This document shows positions 45,191 through 54,635 of a DNA stretch of 64,000 nt, in pieces (positions within the stretch are counted from its first letter, which is position 1; each line of letters begins with the position of its first letter). The notes under the pieces are model-generated. The model had not been told where the DNA came from. It saw nothing but the letters and a program-made list of their open reading frames with translations, and did no database searches. The DNA comes from Dehalococcoidia bacterium (GTDB lineage: Bacteria; Chloroflexota; Dehalococcoidia; Lucifugimonadales; UBA2985). The position numbers and the translations under genes are program-made. The stretch covers positions 369,648-433,647 of the forward strand of contig CBDCTU010000001.1 in the NCBI GenBank assembly GCA_965222415.1. The letters are read 5' to 3'.

Positions 45191-45382
45191 CCGGCGCATC
45201 CGCTGCGAAGAACGGGGCCCGGTGTACCCTTGCCACAATACCAAGGCGTGGATGGTGATTATCTACAGCGCAAAGGTTCTTCGCTGTGCTGCGCTCCATT
45301 TGGAGTGACAGTTGACGAGCTTCTTCCGGTATGACTCCTGAGTCTCACCCAAAGGCCTCCGTATGGGGTGGTCGCCAACGGC

Positions 45383-45410
45383 TTGACACAGCGACTACTC
45401 GCTGTAGTAT
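45383..45410 (+). promoter_or_regulatory. candidate promoter with embedded palindromes upstream of the EamA gene
   Basis: TTGACA-16 nt-TAGTAT. The spacer is the palindrome cagcga-ctac-tcgctg. An 11 bp inverted repeat cttgacacagc / gctgtgtcaag brackets the region. Confidence 0.4.
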
Positions 45411-45452
45411 ACATTTCAGTCCTTAGGCTCACGTTCACTCAAGCTGTGTCAA

Positions 45453-46334
45453 GTGCGTCCGATAGTCCTGTATAGCGTAGTCGCCGTCGGCGTACTGGCC
45501 GTCTCCACCGCGGCTGTACTCATCCGTCTGGCCGACGCCCCGGCCTTGGCCATAGCTGCCTACAGGCTGAGCTTGGCCAGCCTGGTGACGCTCCCTCTCG
45601 CCGTGGCGAAAGACCACCAGGGTCTGCGCTCCCTGAGCATGTCCCAACTCCTCTGGTGCATGGCCTCCGCGCTGGCCCTCGCCGTCCACTTCGCAGCGTG
45701 GATTGCCTCCCTGGAGCACACGTCGGTGGCAAGCTCGGTTGTGCTGGTGACCACCAGTCCCCTGCTGATAGCCGCTGTCTCCCACGTGGCTTATCGGGAG
45801 CGACTGACGCCGGCGGTGGCCGGAGGCATAGCCCTGGGCGTGGCGGGCGGATTGGTGCTTGCCCAGGGAGACCGCGCTGCCGGCGGCGGCGAGCTTTACG
45901 GCGACTTCCTGGCGCTAATCGGAGCCGTAGCCGCGGGCACGTACTTCCTGATTGGCCGACGCGTCAGACGAAGCCTCTCCAACGTCAGCTACATAGCCCT
46001 TGTGTACTTCGGGTCGGCGATCGCGCTGATGGCGGCGGTAATCGTTACAGGCACTCCACTCACCGGCTTCAGCGCCGGAACATACTGGATGATACTTCTG
46101 GTAACATTGGCGCCACAACTCATTGGACACTCATCGCTCAACTGGGCCCTGGGGCACCTGAGCGCAACTCTGGTTGCCGTTGCAGTGATGGCCGAGCCGG
46201 TAGGCGCCACGATTCTGGCCTGGCTAATACTTGACGAATCGCCTCCCCTTGCCAGTGTCATTGGGGGGACTCTGGTACTATCCGGTGTGTATCTGGCATT
46301 TCGCAGGCCGGTGGCCGGTTGGGGCGCGACTTGA
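45453..46334 (+). CDS. EamA/DMT superfamily transporter
   Basis: 293 aa, about 10 TM helices in two EamA halves. Confidence 0.75.
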   Translation: MRPIVLYSVVAVGVLAVSTAAVLIRLADAPALAIAAYRLSLASLVTLPLAVAKDHQGLRSLSMSQLLWCMASALALAVHFAAWIASLEHTSVASSVVLVTTSPLLIAAVSHVAYRERLTPAVAGGIALGVAGGLVLAQGDRAAGGGELYGDFLALIGAVAAGTYFLIGRRVRRSLSNVSYIALVYFGSAIALMAAVIVTGTPLTGFSAGTYWMILLVTLAPQLIGHSSLNWALGHLSATLVAVAVMAEPVGATILAWLILDESPPLASVIGGTLVLSGVYLAFRRPVAGWGAT

Positions 46335-46368
46335 CGCGTTCCCCCATATGCCATAAATTCGCGGGGAC

Positions 46369-48375
46369 ATGGACAATGCTATCCTTGGCGTGGACATAGG
46401 GGGCACTTTCACCGACTTTGCTCTGATAGACCGGGGCGAGGTCAGGGTCTTCAAGCTCTCGTCTACACCGGACGACCCAACCAGGGCTTTTCTCGCGGGT
46501 CTGCAGGAGCTTCGGGCGTCGCCGGACACCGACATCTCCCACGGCTCAACGGTGGCCACCAACGCTCTGCTGGAGCACAAGGGCGCGCGAACCGCTCTCC
46601 TGGTCACCGAGGGTTTCGAGGACATGCTGGAGATCGGCAGGCAGAACCGCCCCGCGCTGTACGACTTCGGGGTCGAGCGGCCGCCGCAGCTGGTTCCCCC
46701 TGAGCTGCGAATCGGCGTCAGGGAGCGCCTCGACAGCCAGGGGAGCGCCGTCATCCCCCTGACTGCCGAGGACGCCACGCGCATCGCTCAGCAGGTCCGG
46801 GAAAGCGGCGCCGATGCTGTAGCCGTATCCCTTCTCTTCTCGTTTCGCAATCCTGAGCATGAGCGTCTGCTCAGGGAGGCGCTGGACGGCCAGGGAATCG
46901 ACGCCTTCATCTCAGTCTCCAGCGACCTTCTGCCGGAGTACCGGGAGTACGAGCGCACCAGCACCGTGGTGGTCAACGCTTACGTCGGCCCGCCCATGGC
47001 GCGTTACCTTCAGCATCTGAGCAATGCGGTGGGCAGGCGCCTGCGGATAATGCACTCAGGAGGGGGCAGTCTTTCGCCGGAGAAGGCTTCGCAGGAGCCG
47101 GTCCGCACACTACTGAGCGGCCCCGCCGGAGGAGTGGTGGGAGCCTTCTACCTGGCATCCCAGGCGGGCTTCCCCCAGGTCATCACCCTGGACATGGGCG
47201 GCACCTCGACCGACGTCTCACTTTGCCCCGGCCTAGTACAGGAGACAACCTCGGCGCAGATTGGCGGCTACCCCACCCGTATGCCCACCATAGACATCCA
47301 TACGGTGGGAGCAGGTGGAGGCTCCATAGCGCGAGTCGATCCCGGCGGCGCGCTGCTGGTTGGCCCTCAGTCGGCAGGGGCTGATCCGGGGCCGGCCTGC
47401 TACGGCCGCGGCGAGCGTGTAACGGTAACGGACGCAAACCTGGTCCTGGGCCACCTTGACGAAGGCCGGTTCCTGGACGGAAGGATGACGCTGGATGCGG
47501 AACGGTCGCGCTTCTACCTGGAGATGCTGGCCTCTGAGCTGGGGCAGGACGTCGTAACCACCGCCGAGGGCGTCCTCAGAGTCGCCAACGCAACTATGGA
47601 GCGGGCGCTGCGCACAATCTCCCTGGAGCGGGGCTTTGACCCGCGTGCATTCACCCTTGTGGCCTTTGGCGGAGCCGGCCCCATGCACACCTGCTCCCTC
47701 GCCGAGGGCCTGGGAATACAAAGGGTACTGGTGCCGCCGCACCCCGGCGTGCTCTCGGCGCTGGGGGCCGCTCTTGCCGACGTCGTGAAGGACTACTCAC
47801 GGACCCTGCTGCTCCGTGAGTCCGACGTGGACGCAAACGCACTGAGAAACGCTTTCAAGCCAATGGAGGAGCAGGCGCGTGAGGACCTCGCGCGAGAGGG
47901 GTTCGAAGGGAACCGGCTGCAGTTGCAGCGCTTCCTTGACCTGCGATACGTGGGCCAGTCCTACGAGCTGACCGTCCCCTGCCCTCCCATTGGCGCGAGG
48001 GTTGCGCAGTCCGCGGCCCGCCGCTTCCACCGCGCTCATCGCCGCCGCTACGGCCACAGCGACCCGTCCCAACCGACGGAAGTGGTCGCGGCGCGGCTGA
48101 AGGCGATCGGCCCTGTGGAGAAGCCCGCAATCGCGCCCGCGACTGAGGGAGAGAAAGACCCCACACCGGCTGTCGTGGACGAGCGGCCCGTGGTGTTCGA
48201 TGGCAAGCGCCTGCCTACCCGGTGCTACGACCGGTCGCTCTTGCTCCCGGGAAATGCCCTTGCAGGGCCGGGCCTGGTCTTGCAGATGGACTCCACAACC
48301 GTCATCCCGCCGGGATGGACGGCGCGAGTGGACGGCTATCGCAACCTGATTGTAGAGTCGCTACTGTTAGATTAG
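46369..48375 (+). CDS. hyuA: hydantoinase/oxoprolinase family, A subunit
   Basis: LGVDIGGTFTDF N-terminus, LDMGGTSTD, and 668 aa length. Confidence 0.85.
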   Translation: MDNAILGVDIGGTFTDFALIDRGEVRVFKLSSTPDDPTRAFLAGLQELRASPDTDISHGSTVATNALLEHKGARTALLVTEGFEDMLEIGRQNRPALYDFGVERPPQLVPPELRIGVRERLDSQGSAVIPLTAEDATRIAQQVRESGADAVAVSLLFSFRNPEHERLLREALDGQGIDAFISVSSDLLPEYREYERTSTVVVNAYVGPPMARYLQHLSNAVGRRLRIMHSGGGSLSPEKASQEPVRTLLSGPAGGVVGAFYLASQAGFPQVITLDMGGTSTDVSLCPGLVQETTSAQIGGYPTRMPTIDIHTVGAGGGSIARVDPGGALLVGPQSAGADPGPACYGRGERVTVTDANLVLGHLDEGRFLDGRMTLDAERSRFYLEMLASELGQDVVTTAEGVLRVANATMERALRTISLERGFDPRAFTLVAFGGAGPMHTCSLAEGLGIQRVLVPPHPGVLSALGAALADVVKDYSRTLLLRESDVDANALRNAFKPMEEQAREDLAREGFEGNRLQLQRFLDLRYVGQSYELTVPCPPIGARVAQSAARRFHRAHRRRYGHSDPSQPTEVVAARLKAIGPVEKPAIAPATEGEKDPTPAVVDERPVVFDGKRLPTRCYDRSLLLPGNALAGPGLVLQMDSTTVIPPGWTARVDGYRNLIVESLLLD

Positions 48376-48587
48376 TGGCGTAAGGTGAATCAAATTGTTA
48401 ATACCATATGCTTTGGATGAGCATGGTGAAGTCGTCCACGTAGATGCTATATAGAATGGCAAAGCTACGCCGGGAGCGCAAAGACTGACGGTCACAATCG
48501 TCCGGCAGGATCTCCACAAGTGGCTGTGTGACTCCCGGAATGGCAAGGCCGTAAAAGAAAACGTCAAGAAGCTCTGGTGAGCGTAGA

Positions 48588-49217
48588 ATGGACAGAGACA
48601 GCATTATCAAAGCTTTGCTAGTGGTCATTACCGTTGGGGTCCTGCTCATAGCAATCACATGGGCCTTGGTATGCCTAACCAATACTGGTATCACTGACTC
48701 AGCGAGGGCAGTTCAGGCTTTCGTCACTGCTACTGCCATATGTGCAGGCGGAGTTTTTGCGTACCATAAATTTCAGATATTCAGAGATTTCCAGCCCCAT
48801 CTGACCATCTCCAATGCTGTCTCGCATAGACGCATTGGAGAAAGCTATGTTCACATTGACGTTACAGCGACCCTACACAACAGTTCAAAGGTTAAGATGG
48901 AGTTACGTGAAGGATTCTTTCGATTGCAAAAGCTAGCGCCTGTACTAGACGAAGATGTTGAAAACCTGTATGCCCAGGTATTCTGGGATCAGGAGCACTC
49001 GTACCTTCAATGGCCCACTCTGGATGACGCCAGACGCGATTGGGACAAGGGTATGCTAATTGTGGAACCGGGTGAGTCACATCAAGAGACATACGAATTC
49101 ATAGCATCAATGGATGTTGAGTCGGTTATCATACACACGTATTTCTACAATCCCTATTCTTCAAGCCCGGAAGGTTGGGGAGCGACGACAGTCCATGATA
49201 TAATTCCGAGTAGCTGA
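48588..49217 (+). CDS. hypothetical 2-TM membrane protein with soluble C-terminal domain
   Basis: Two N-terminal hydrophobic helices (ALLVVITVGVLLIAITWALV; AFVTATAICAGGVFAY), then about 140 aa with beta-rich-looking sequence. AT-richer DNA. Confidence 0.55.
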   Translation: MDRDSIIKALLVVITVGVLLIAITWALVCLTNTGITDSARAVQAFVTATAICAGGVFAYHKFQIFRDFQPHLTISNAVSHRRIGESYVHIDVTATLHNSSKVKMELREGFFRLQKLAPVLDEDVENLYAQVFWDQEHSYLQWPTLDDARRDWDKGMLIVEPGESHQETYEFIASMDVESVIIHTYFYNPYSSSPEGWGATTVHDIIPSS

Positions 49218-49245
49218 TAGGTATCAATTCTCTCAGGGAGGTTGT

Positions 49246-49473
49246 ATGCCACACGAGGATACGACTGGCAAAGTGGTTATAAAGGGGACGGGTCCGCGGC
49301 CAGCCCCCCCCAAGACAGAAGACTCGGGCAAACCCCCTGGGGCCGAGCCTGTTACGAGCAGAATGCCTGAGTCTGAGGTTGGTATTCAAGCTGGAGGTAG
49401 TCCAAAGGCGGCACCTCCGAAAGAAACGGTATCGCGTAAGCCCCCTGGAGCCAAGCCTACGGTGAAGTCGTAG
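49246..49473 (+). CDS. small Pro/Lys-rich protein, paralogue 1
   Basis: GGGAGG RBS. Two internal copies of the (A)PPK-x3-S-x-KPPGA motif. Confidence 0.55.
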   Translation: MPHEDTTGKVVIKGTGPRPAPPKTEDSGKPPGAEPVTSRMPESEVGIQAGGSPKAAPPKETVSRKPPGAKPTVKS

Positions 49474-49483
49474 AGGGAGGAAT

Positions 49484-49669
49484 ATGCCAACCGAAGACAT
49501 TCGCAATAAGAGCGGAGAGAATTCAAATACGGATCAGAAGGCGGAGCCTAGGCAAAGCCCTACTTCTGAGCCAAGTGTGCACAAATTCGGGGGGGAGCCA
49601 AGAACGGCACCTCCGAAAATCTCGGTGTCGCGTAAACCCCCAGGAGCCAAGTCGGCGAAGAAGTCCTAA
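49484..49669 (+). CDS. small Pro/Lys-rich protein, paralogue 2
   Basis: GGGAGG RBS. The C-terminus APPKISVSRKPPGAKSAKKS parallels paralogue 1 (APPKETVSRKPPGAKPTVKS). Confidence 0.55.
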   Translation: MPTEDIRNKSGENSNTDQKAEPRQSPTSEPSVHKFGGEPRTAPPKISVSRKPPGAKSAKKS

Positions 49670-49690
49670 GCGAGCTAACTCACGGGTGAA

Positions 49691-49729
49691 GGGCGCTGGA
49701 ATCGTTCCAGTGCCCTTTCTTGCTTGTTT
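49691..49729 (+). terminator. Rho-independent terminator closing the inserted cassette
   Basis: gggcgctggaa-tcg-ttccagtgccc (one G-U pair) followed by tttcttgcttgttt. Confidence 0.65.
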
Positions 49730-49751
49730 GGCTGCAACTTGGTGATAGAAT
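49724..49751 (+). promoter_or_regulatory. candidate extended -10 promoter for hyuB
   Basis: TTGTTT-16 nt-TAGAAT, preceded by TGa. GGAGG RBS before the ATG at 49774. Confidence 0.4.
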
Positions 49752-49773
49752 CACTCAGCACCGGAGGCCAACG

Positions 49774-51357
49774 ATGCCTGACGCGATAAGCCTGCAGGTG
49801 TTCCACAACCTCTTCTCCTCCGTTGCCGAGGAGATGGGCGTCGCGTTGGGACGCAGCGCCTTTTCCGTCAACATCAAGGAGCGCCAGGACTACTCCTGCG
49901 CCCTCTTCGACCCCCAGGCTCGGATGGTGGCCCAGGCAGCCCACATACCTGTTCACCTGGGTTCTATGCCGGCGTCCGTGGAGGCTGCCCTGGAGCGACT
50001 CACCCTCTCGCCCGGAGACGTGGTGGCCCTCAACGATCCATACATGGGCGGCACTCACCTGCCCGACATCACGCTGGTAGCCCCCGTATTCGCACCGATG
50101 GATGACGGTCCCGGCCTCGTGGGGTTCGTGGCCAACAGGGGGCACCATGCCGATATAGGCGGAATGACGCCGGGGTCGCTGCCCCTCTCGACGGAGCTGC
50201 TCCAGGAGGGGCTAATCATACCTCCAATCAAGCTCGTCAGGAGAGGTCGACTGAACGCGGAGGTGGTGGAGTTGATCTGTCGAAACTCCCGCACTCCCAA
50301 CGACCGCCGCGGCGACCTGGCCGCGCAGCTGGCGGCCTGCCGCGTGGGCGAACGACGACTTCAGGACATTGTGTCCAAGTACGGGTGGGAGGAGACCCGT
50401 CTGCACATGGACGGCCTGCTGAACTACTCCGAGCGTCTCACCCGCGCCGCCATAAGAGAGATGCCCGACGGAGAGTTCTCCTTCCTGGACTACCTGGAGG
50501 GCGACGGCTTCAGCGACGAGCCCCTGCCCATCCAGGCCACGGTGCGTGTAAACGGCGAAGAGATGGAGGTCGATTTCACAGGCACGGTCTCCCAGACGGA
50601 GGGGTGTGTAAACGCCCCCTTCGCCATCGCACTATCAGCCGTCCTATACGTGGTGCGGTGCATCGCCGGGGAGCAGGTCCCCGCCAACCAGGGCATCCTG
50701 CGGCCGGTCGCGGTATCGGCGCCGGTGGGGTCATTGGTCAACCCCACTCCTCCTCACGCCGTAGCCGGGGGCAACGTGGAGACCTCCCAGCGGATTGTGG
50801 ACGTGCTCATGGGGGCTCTCGCCCAGGCCATGCCCAACCTCATACCCGCCGCCAGCCAGGGCACAATGAACAACATCCTGGTGGGAGGCCGTCACCGAAA
50901 TTGGGAGGGTTTCGCCTACTACGAGACCATTGCCGGTGGCATGGGCGCCCGCCCGGACAAAGACGGCCTTTCCGGCGTACACACCCACATGACCAACACA
51001 CTGAATACACCTATTGAAGCGCTGGAGTTGCAGTTCCCCATGCGTGTGCGTCGATACGCCCTTCGCAGGGGGTCAGGCGGCGAAGGCGCTTACCGGGGAG
51101 GCGACGGGATCGTCAGGGAGGTGGAGTTCCTTGCGCCTGCCACGGTGACTCTGCTCACGGACCGGCGACGAAGCGCGCCCTACGGCCTCCAGGGCGGCGG
51201 GCCCGGAGCCGCCGGGGAGAACATCCTCTACAGGAACGGCGTAGAGGAGATACTACTCCCGTCCAAGGTAACCTTCAGGGCGGAACCCGGAGACATCCTC
51301 AGGATGCTCACGCCCGGAGGAGGCGGATGGGGAGCCGAAACGGGCCAACGCCCGTAG
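49774..51357 (+). CDS. hyuB: hydantoinase/oxoprolinase family, B subunit
   Basis: [22 protein letters not shown]..., [12 protein letters not shown], and 527 aa from the ATG with an RBS. Confidence 0.85.
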   Translation: MPDAISLQVFHNLFSSVAEEMGVALGRSAFSVNIKERQDYSCALFDPQARMVAQAAHIPVHLGSMPASVEAALERLTLSPGDVVALNDPYMGGTHLPDITLVAPVFAPMDDGPGLVGFVANRGHHADIGGMTPGSLPLSTELLQEGLIIPPIKLVRRGRLNAEVVELICRNSRTPNDRRGDLAAQLAACRVGERRLQDIVSKYGWEETRLHMDGLLNYSERLTRAAIREMPDGEFSFLDYLEGDGFSDEPLPIQATVRVNGEEMEVDFTGTVSQTEGCVNAPFAIALSAVLYVVRCIAGEQVPANQGILRPVAVSAPVGSLVNPTPPHAVAGGNVETSQRIVDVLMGALAQAMPNLIPAASQGTMNNILVGGRHRNWEGFAYYETIAGGMGARPDKDGLSGVHTHMTNTLNTPIEALELQFPMRVRRYALRRGSGGEGAYRGGDGIVREVEFLAPATVTLLTDRRRSAPYGLQGGGPGAAGENILYRNGVEEILLPSKVTFRAEPGDILRMLTPGGGGWGAETGQRP

Positions 51358-51524
51358 GCGCGCGAATGGGTTGACTTGACCCGCTTCCAATGTTAGACTC
51401 CCCACAGTCGCTTTTTGAATGGAATGTCATTACGGCGCTCGGAAAGTCCCCTTGGAGGTTCTGGGCAGATAGTTTGGACATACAGTGTAGCGACCCAGAA
51501 TAGACCTTAGGAGGGCTTCTAGCG

Positions 51525-51809
51525 TTGACTGACAAGAATTTGGTATGCAGGGAGTGTGGAGTTGAGTTCCTATTCACTGAGGGTGAGCAGGAATTCTATC
51601 AGAAGCGCGGGCTCCTGAACGAGCCTAGCCGGTGCCCGGAGTGTCGTTCCGCGAGGCGTCGCGCCCGCAACTACGAGGGGGGATCTCGCCCCATGTACTC
51701 GGTGATTTGTGCAAACTGCGGCAAAGAGGCCGAGGTGCCTTTCCAGCCGCGTCTGGGCAGGCCGGTGTACTGCAACGATTGCTTCGCATCCGAGAGGGCT
51801 GCCGGGTAA
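51525..51809 (+). CDS. zinc-ribbon protein (two CxxC pairs repeated)
   Basis: CRECG...CPEC and CANCG...CNDC. TTG start. Confidence 0.6.
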   Translation: MTDKNLVCRECGVEFLFTEGEQEFYQKRGLLNEPSRCPECRSARRRARNYEGGSRPMYSVICANCGKEAEVPFQPRLGRPVYCNDCFASERAAG

Positions 51810-51886
51810 CATCATCGGCAGCCGGCGTTCGGCTCCACAGCGCGGATTTCAACTCTTACCGGCCCGGTTTCCCTGTGGCGTTGGCG

Positions 51887-51913
51887 TCCCGGATGCTTCG
51901 CAGTCCGGGTTTT
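51887..51913 (+). terminator. Rho-independent terminator
   Basis: cccgga-tgcttcgcag-tccggg followed by ttttt. Confidence 0.55.
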
Positions 51914-51945
51914 TCGTCAATGCCGCTCATTCAGGGTCAGGGCCG

Positions 51946-51975
51946 GTTTACTCCAGAGTAAGGCTGTGCTATAAT
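51946..51975 (+). promoter_or_regulatory. rpsO promoter (extended -10)
   Basis: TTTACT-18 nt-TATAAT, with TGc just upstream of the -10. Confidence 0.5.
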
Positions 51976-52010
51976 CCTGCGCGAAGAGAATAGAGAAAGG
52001 TCATATATAG

Positions 52011-52277
52011 ATGCTGGGGAAGGACAGGAAGCAGGCCCTAATCACGGAGTACCAGCTCAAAGAGGGCGACACCGGGTCTACCGCCGTGCAGATAGCTCTG
52101 CTCACGGATCGAATCAACGGGCTCAGGGACCACCTCAGGGTACACCGCAAGGACTATCATTGCCTACGGGGGCTGCTGAAACTGGTGGGGCAACGTCGCC
52201 GGCTATTGCGCTATCTGAACAAAGAAGATAGCAGTCGCTACAGGGAACTGACAACTAAGCTCCTCATTAGAAGGTAG
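52011..52277 (+). CDS. rpsO: 30S ribosomal protein S15
   Basis: [50 protein letters not shown]. Confidence 0.9.
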   Translation: MLGKDRKQALITEYQLKEGDTGSTAVQIALLTDRINGLRDHLRVHRKDYHCLRGLLKLVGQRRRLLRYLNKEDSSRYRELTTKLLIRR

Positions 52278-52310
52278 CACCCTCGCGAGGGTGCTCTTTC
52301 TTTATTCTCC
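52276..52310 (+). terminator. rpsO-pnp intergenic hairpin / attenuator-terminator
   Basis: 20 nt perfect palindrome agcaccctcgcgagggtgct followed by ctttctttattctc. Confidence 0.55.
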
Positions 52311-52345
52311 CTATTTGCTATCGTTAAGAGGAGGATATTGGTATT

Positions 52346-54595
52346 TTGTCACACAGTGTAAGCAGAGAGATCGCAGGGCGGTCTCTCACAATTGAGACGG
52401 GCAAGCTGGCCAACCAGGCCGGCGGCTCGGTGACCGTCAGGTATGGAGACTCCATACTTCTGGTCACCGCCTGCGCTTCACCCAACGCCAGAGAGGGAAT
52501 AGACTTCCTGCCATTGACTATAGACTATGAAGAGAGGCTCTACGCAGCCGGGAAGATCCCGGGGAGCTTCTTCCGAAGAGAGGGCAGGCCCACAGAGAAC
52601 GCAACCCTGGCCGCCCGCCTGACGGACCGACCCCTGAGACCCCTGTTCCCCAAAGGACTGCACAACGAGATACAGGTGGTCGTAACCGTTCTCTCCGCAG
52701 ACCAGGAGAACGACCCCGACATCCTCGGCATAATCGGGGCGTCCGCGTCCCTGTGCCTGTCCGAAATCCCCTTTGACGGGCCCGTTAGCGCTACAAGGCT
52801 CGGCTATATCGATGGCGAGATTGTAGTCAACCCCACCTTCGCACAGTTGGTTGACAGCAGCCTGGACCTGGTTGTGGCCGGCACCAAGGACGCCATAGCA
52901 ATGGTGGAGGCCGGAGCTACAGAGGTGTCCGAAGATGTGATCATAGAGGCGGTCAGGAAGGGTCAGGAGACGAATCAGCAGATCATCGCGATGCAGGAGG
53001 AGTTGATTGGCCCGGCGGCAAAGGCCAAGATGAACCTCTCTATGAACGGAGCAGCCGGCGCTGACCTGAAGGAGAAAGCCGGTCTGATATTGGGAGAGCG
53101 CCTGCACTCAACCGTCTTCACCGACCACGAGAAGGGGGAGAGGGACGGCGATCTGGACTTGCTCCGCGCAGAGGTGAAGGAGCAGCTAGGTCAGGAATAC
53201 ACTTCCAACGAAACCTCAGAGGCCTTTGAGGCCCTAATGAAACAGACGGTGCGCTCCGGCATAATCGAACGCAGCCTGCGTCCCGACGGACGGGGTTACA
53301 AAGAGATACGCCCCATAAATTGTGAGGTATCGTTCCTGCCCAGGGCCCACGGCACCGGGCTCTTCTCTCGAGGCCAGACCCAGGTCCTCACAATTGCCAC
53401 CCTGGGTTCCATGGCGGAGAAGCAGAACCTGGATACAATCAGCCCTGAGGACAGCAAGCGGTACATGCACCACTACAACTTCCCGCCCTACTCCGTCGGA
53501 GAGGTGCGGCGAGTGGGCGGCCCGGGCCGGCGAGAGGTGGGACACGGCGCTCTGGCTGAGAGAGCCCTCCTTCCCGTTATCCCGGACGAGGACGAATTCC
53601 CGTACACCCTTCGACTGGTGTCGGAGGCGATCAGCTCCAACGGCAGCACGTCGATGGCTAGCGTTTGCGGCAGCAGCCTGGCTCTGATGGATGCGGGGGT
53701 GCCCATCAAGGCCCCGGTAGCCGGAGTGGCTATGGGTCTTGTCATGGCAGACGACGGCCGCTACGCCATCCTGACGGACATCCAGGGAGTCGAGGACTTC
53801 ATGGGTGACATGGACTTCAAGGTAGCAGGCACGTCCGATGGCATTACCGCGCTTCAGATGGACATAAAGGTCAAGGGCATAACCTACGCAATAATGGAGG
53901 AGGCCCTTCAACAGGCCAAGGAGGCCCGGTTCTTCGTGCTGGACAAGATTAAGGCGACTATGGGTCAGCCCAGGGACGACCTGAGCCCCTACGCGCCGCG
54001 GATGCTCCGGATTAGCATTCCAGTGGACAAGATCGGAGCGGTGATTGGGCCCGGTGGCAAGACCATTCGCTCCATCATCGAAGAGACCAAGGCTACCATC
54101 AACGTTGAGAACGACGGAACTGTGATCATCGGCTCCGTCAGCGGGGAGGCCGCCCAGAGGGCCGTCGAGCGGATTGAGGCCCTGACCAAAGAGGCGGAGG
54201 TAGGGGCCATTTACACTGGTAAGGTCACCCGCCTTATGAACTTCGGCGCTTTTGTGGAGATACTTCCCGGCAAGGACGGACTGGTCCACATTAGCGAGCT
54301 CGCGGAGGAGAGGGTTGAATCGGTGGAGGACGTGGTCAGCGTCGGGGACGAGCTCACGGTGCTGGTGACGGAGATAGACGCTATGGGACGCATCAATCTC
54401 TCACGCCGCGCTCTGCTCCGGGACCCCAACGACCCGGCTCCGGCGCCAACGCCCAGGCCCGCTCCTTCGAGCAACGGTCCGCGGTTCGACAGGGGAAGAC
54501 CACCAAGGAGCAACGACGACCGTCCCAGGGGGCCGCGCCCTTCAGGATCGCGTCCTCCCCCCCAGGGAAACCGGAGGCCACCTCCCAGGGGATAG
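52346..54595 (+). CDS. pnp: polyribonucleotide nucleotidyltransferase (PNPase) with Pro/Arg-rich C-terminal tail
   Basis: Two RNase PH domains, then KH (GPGGKTIRSI) and S1 (GKVTRLMNFGAFVE). The tail is PRPAPSSNGPRFDRGRPPRSNDDRPRGPRP... Confidence 0.9.
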   Translation: MSHSVSREIAGRSLTIETGKLANQAGGSVTVRYGDSILLVTACASPNAREGIDFLPLTIDYEERLYAAGKIPGSFFRREGRPTENATLAARLTDRPLRPLFPKGLHNEIQVVVTVLSADQENDPDILGIIGASASLCLSEIPFDGPVSATRLGYIDGEIVVNPTFAQLVDSSLDLVVAGTKDAIAMVEAGATEVSEDVIIEAVRKGQETNQQIIAMQEELIGPAAKAKMNLSMNGAAGADLKEKAGLILGERLHSTVFTDHEKGERDGDLDLLRAEVKEQLGQEYTSNETSEAFEALMKQTVRSGIIERSLRPDGRGYKEIRPINCEVSFLPRAHGTGLFSRGQTQVLTIATLGSMAEKQNLDTISPEDSKRYMHHYNFPPYSVGEVRRVGGPGRREVGHGALAERALLPVIPDEDEFPYTLRLVSEAISSNGSTSMASVCGSSLALMDAGVPIKAPVAGVAMGLVMADDGRYAILTDIQGVEDFMGDMDFKVAGTSDGITALQMDIKVKGITYAIMEEALQQAKEARFFVLDKIKATMGQPRDDLSPYAPRMLRISIPVDKIGAVIGPGGKTIRSIIEETKATINVENDGTVIIGSVSGEAAQRAVERIEALTKEAEVGAIYTGKVTRLMNFGAFVEILPGKDGLVHISELAEERVESVEDVVSVGDELTVLVTEIDAMGRINLSRRALLRDPNDPAPAPTPRPAPSSNGPRFDRGRPPRSNDDRPRGPRPSGSRPPPQGNRRPPPRG

Positions 54596-54635
54596 GTCAG
54601 TAGATAATACACACTTCGGCGACAAGGCGAAGAAG

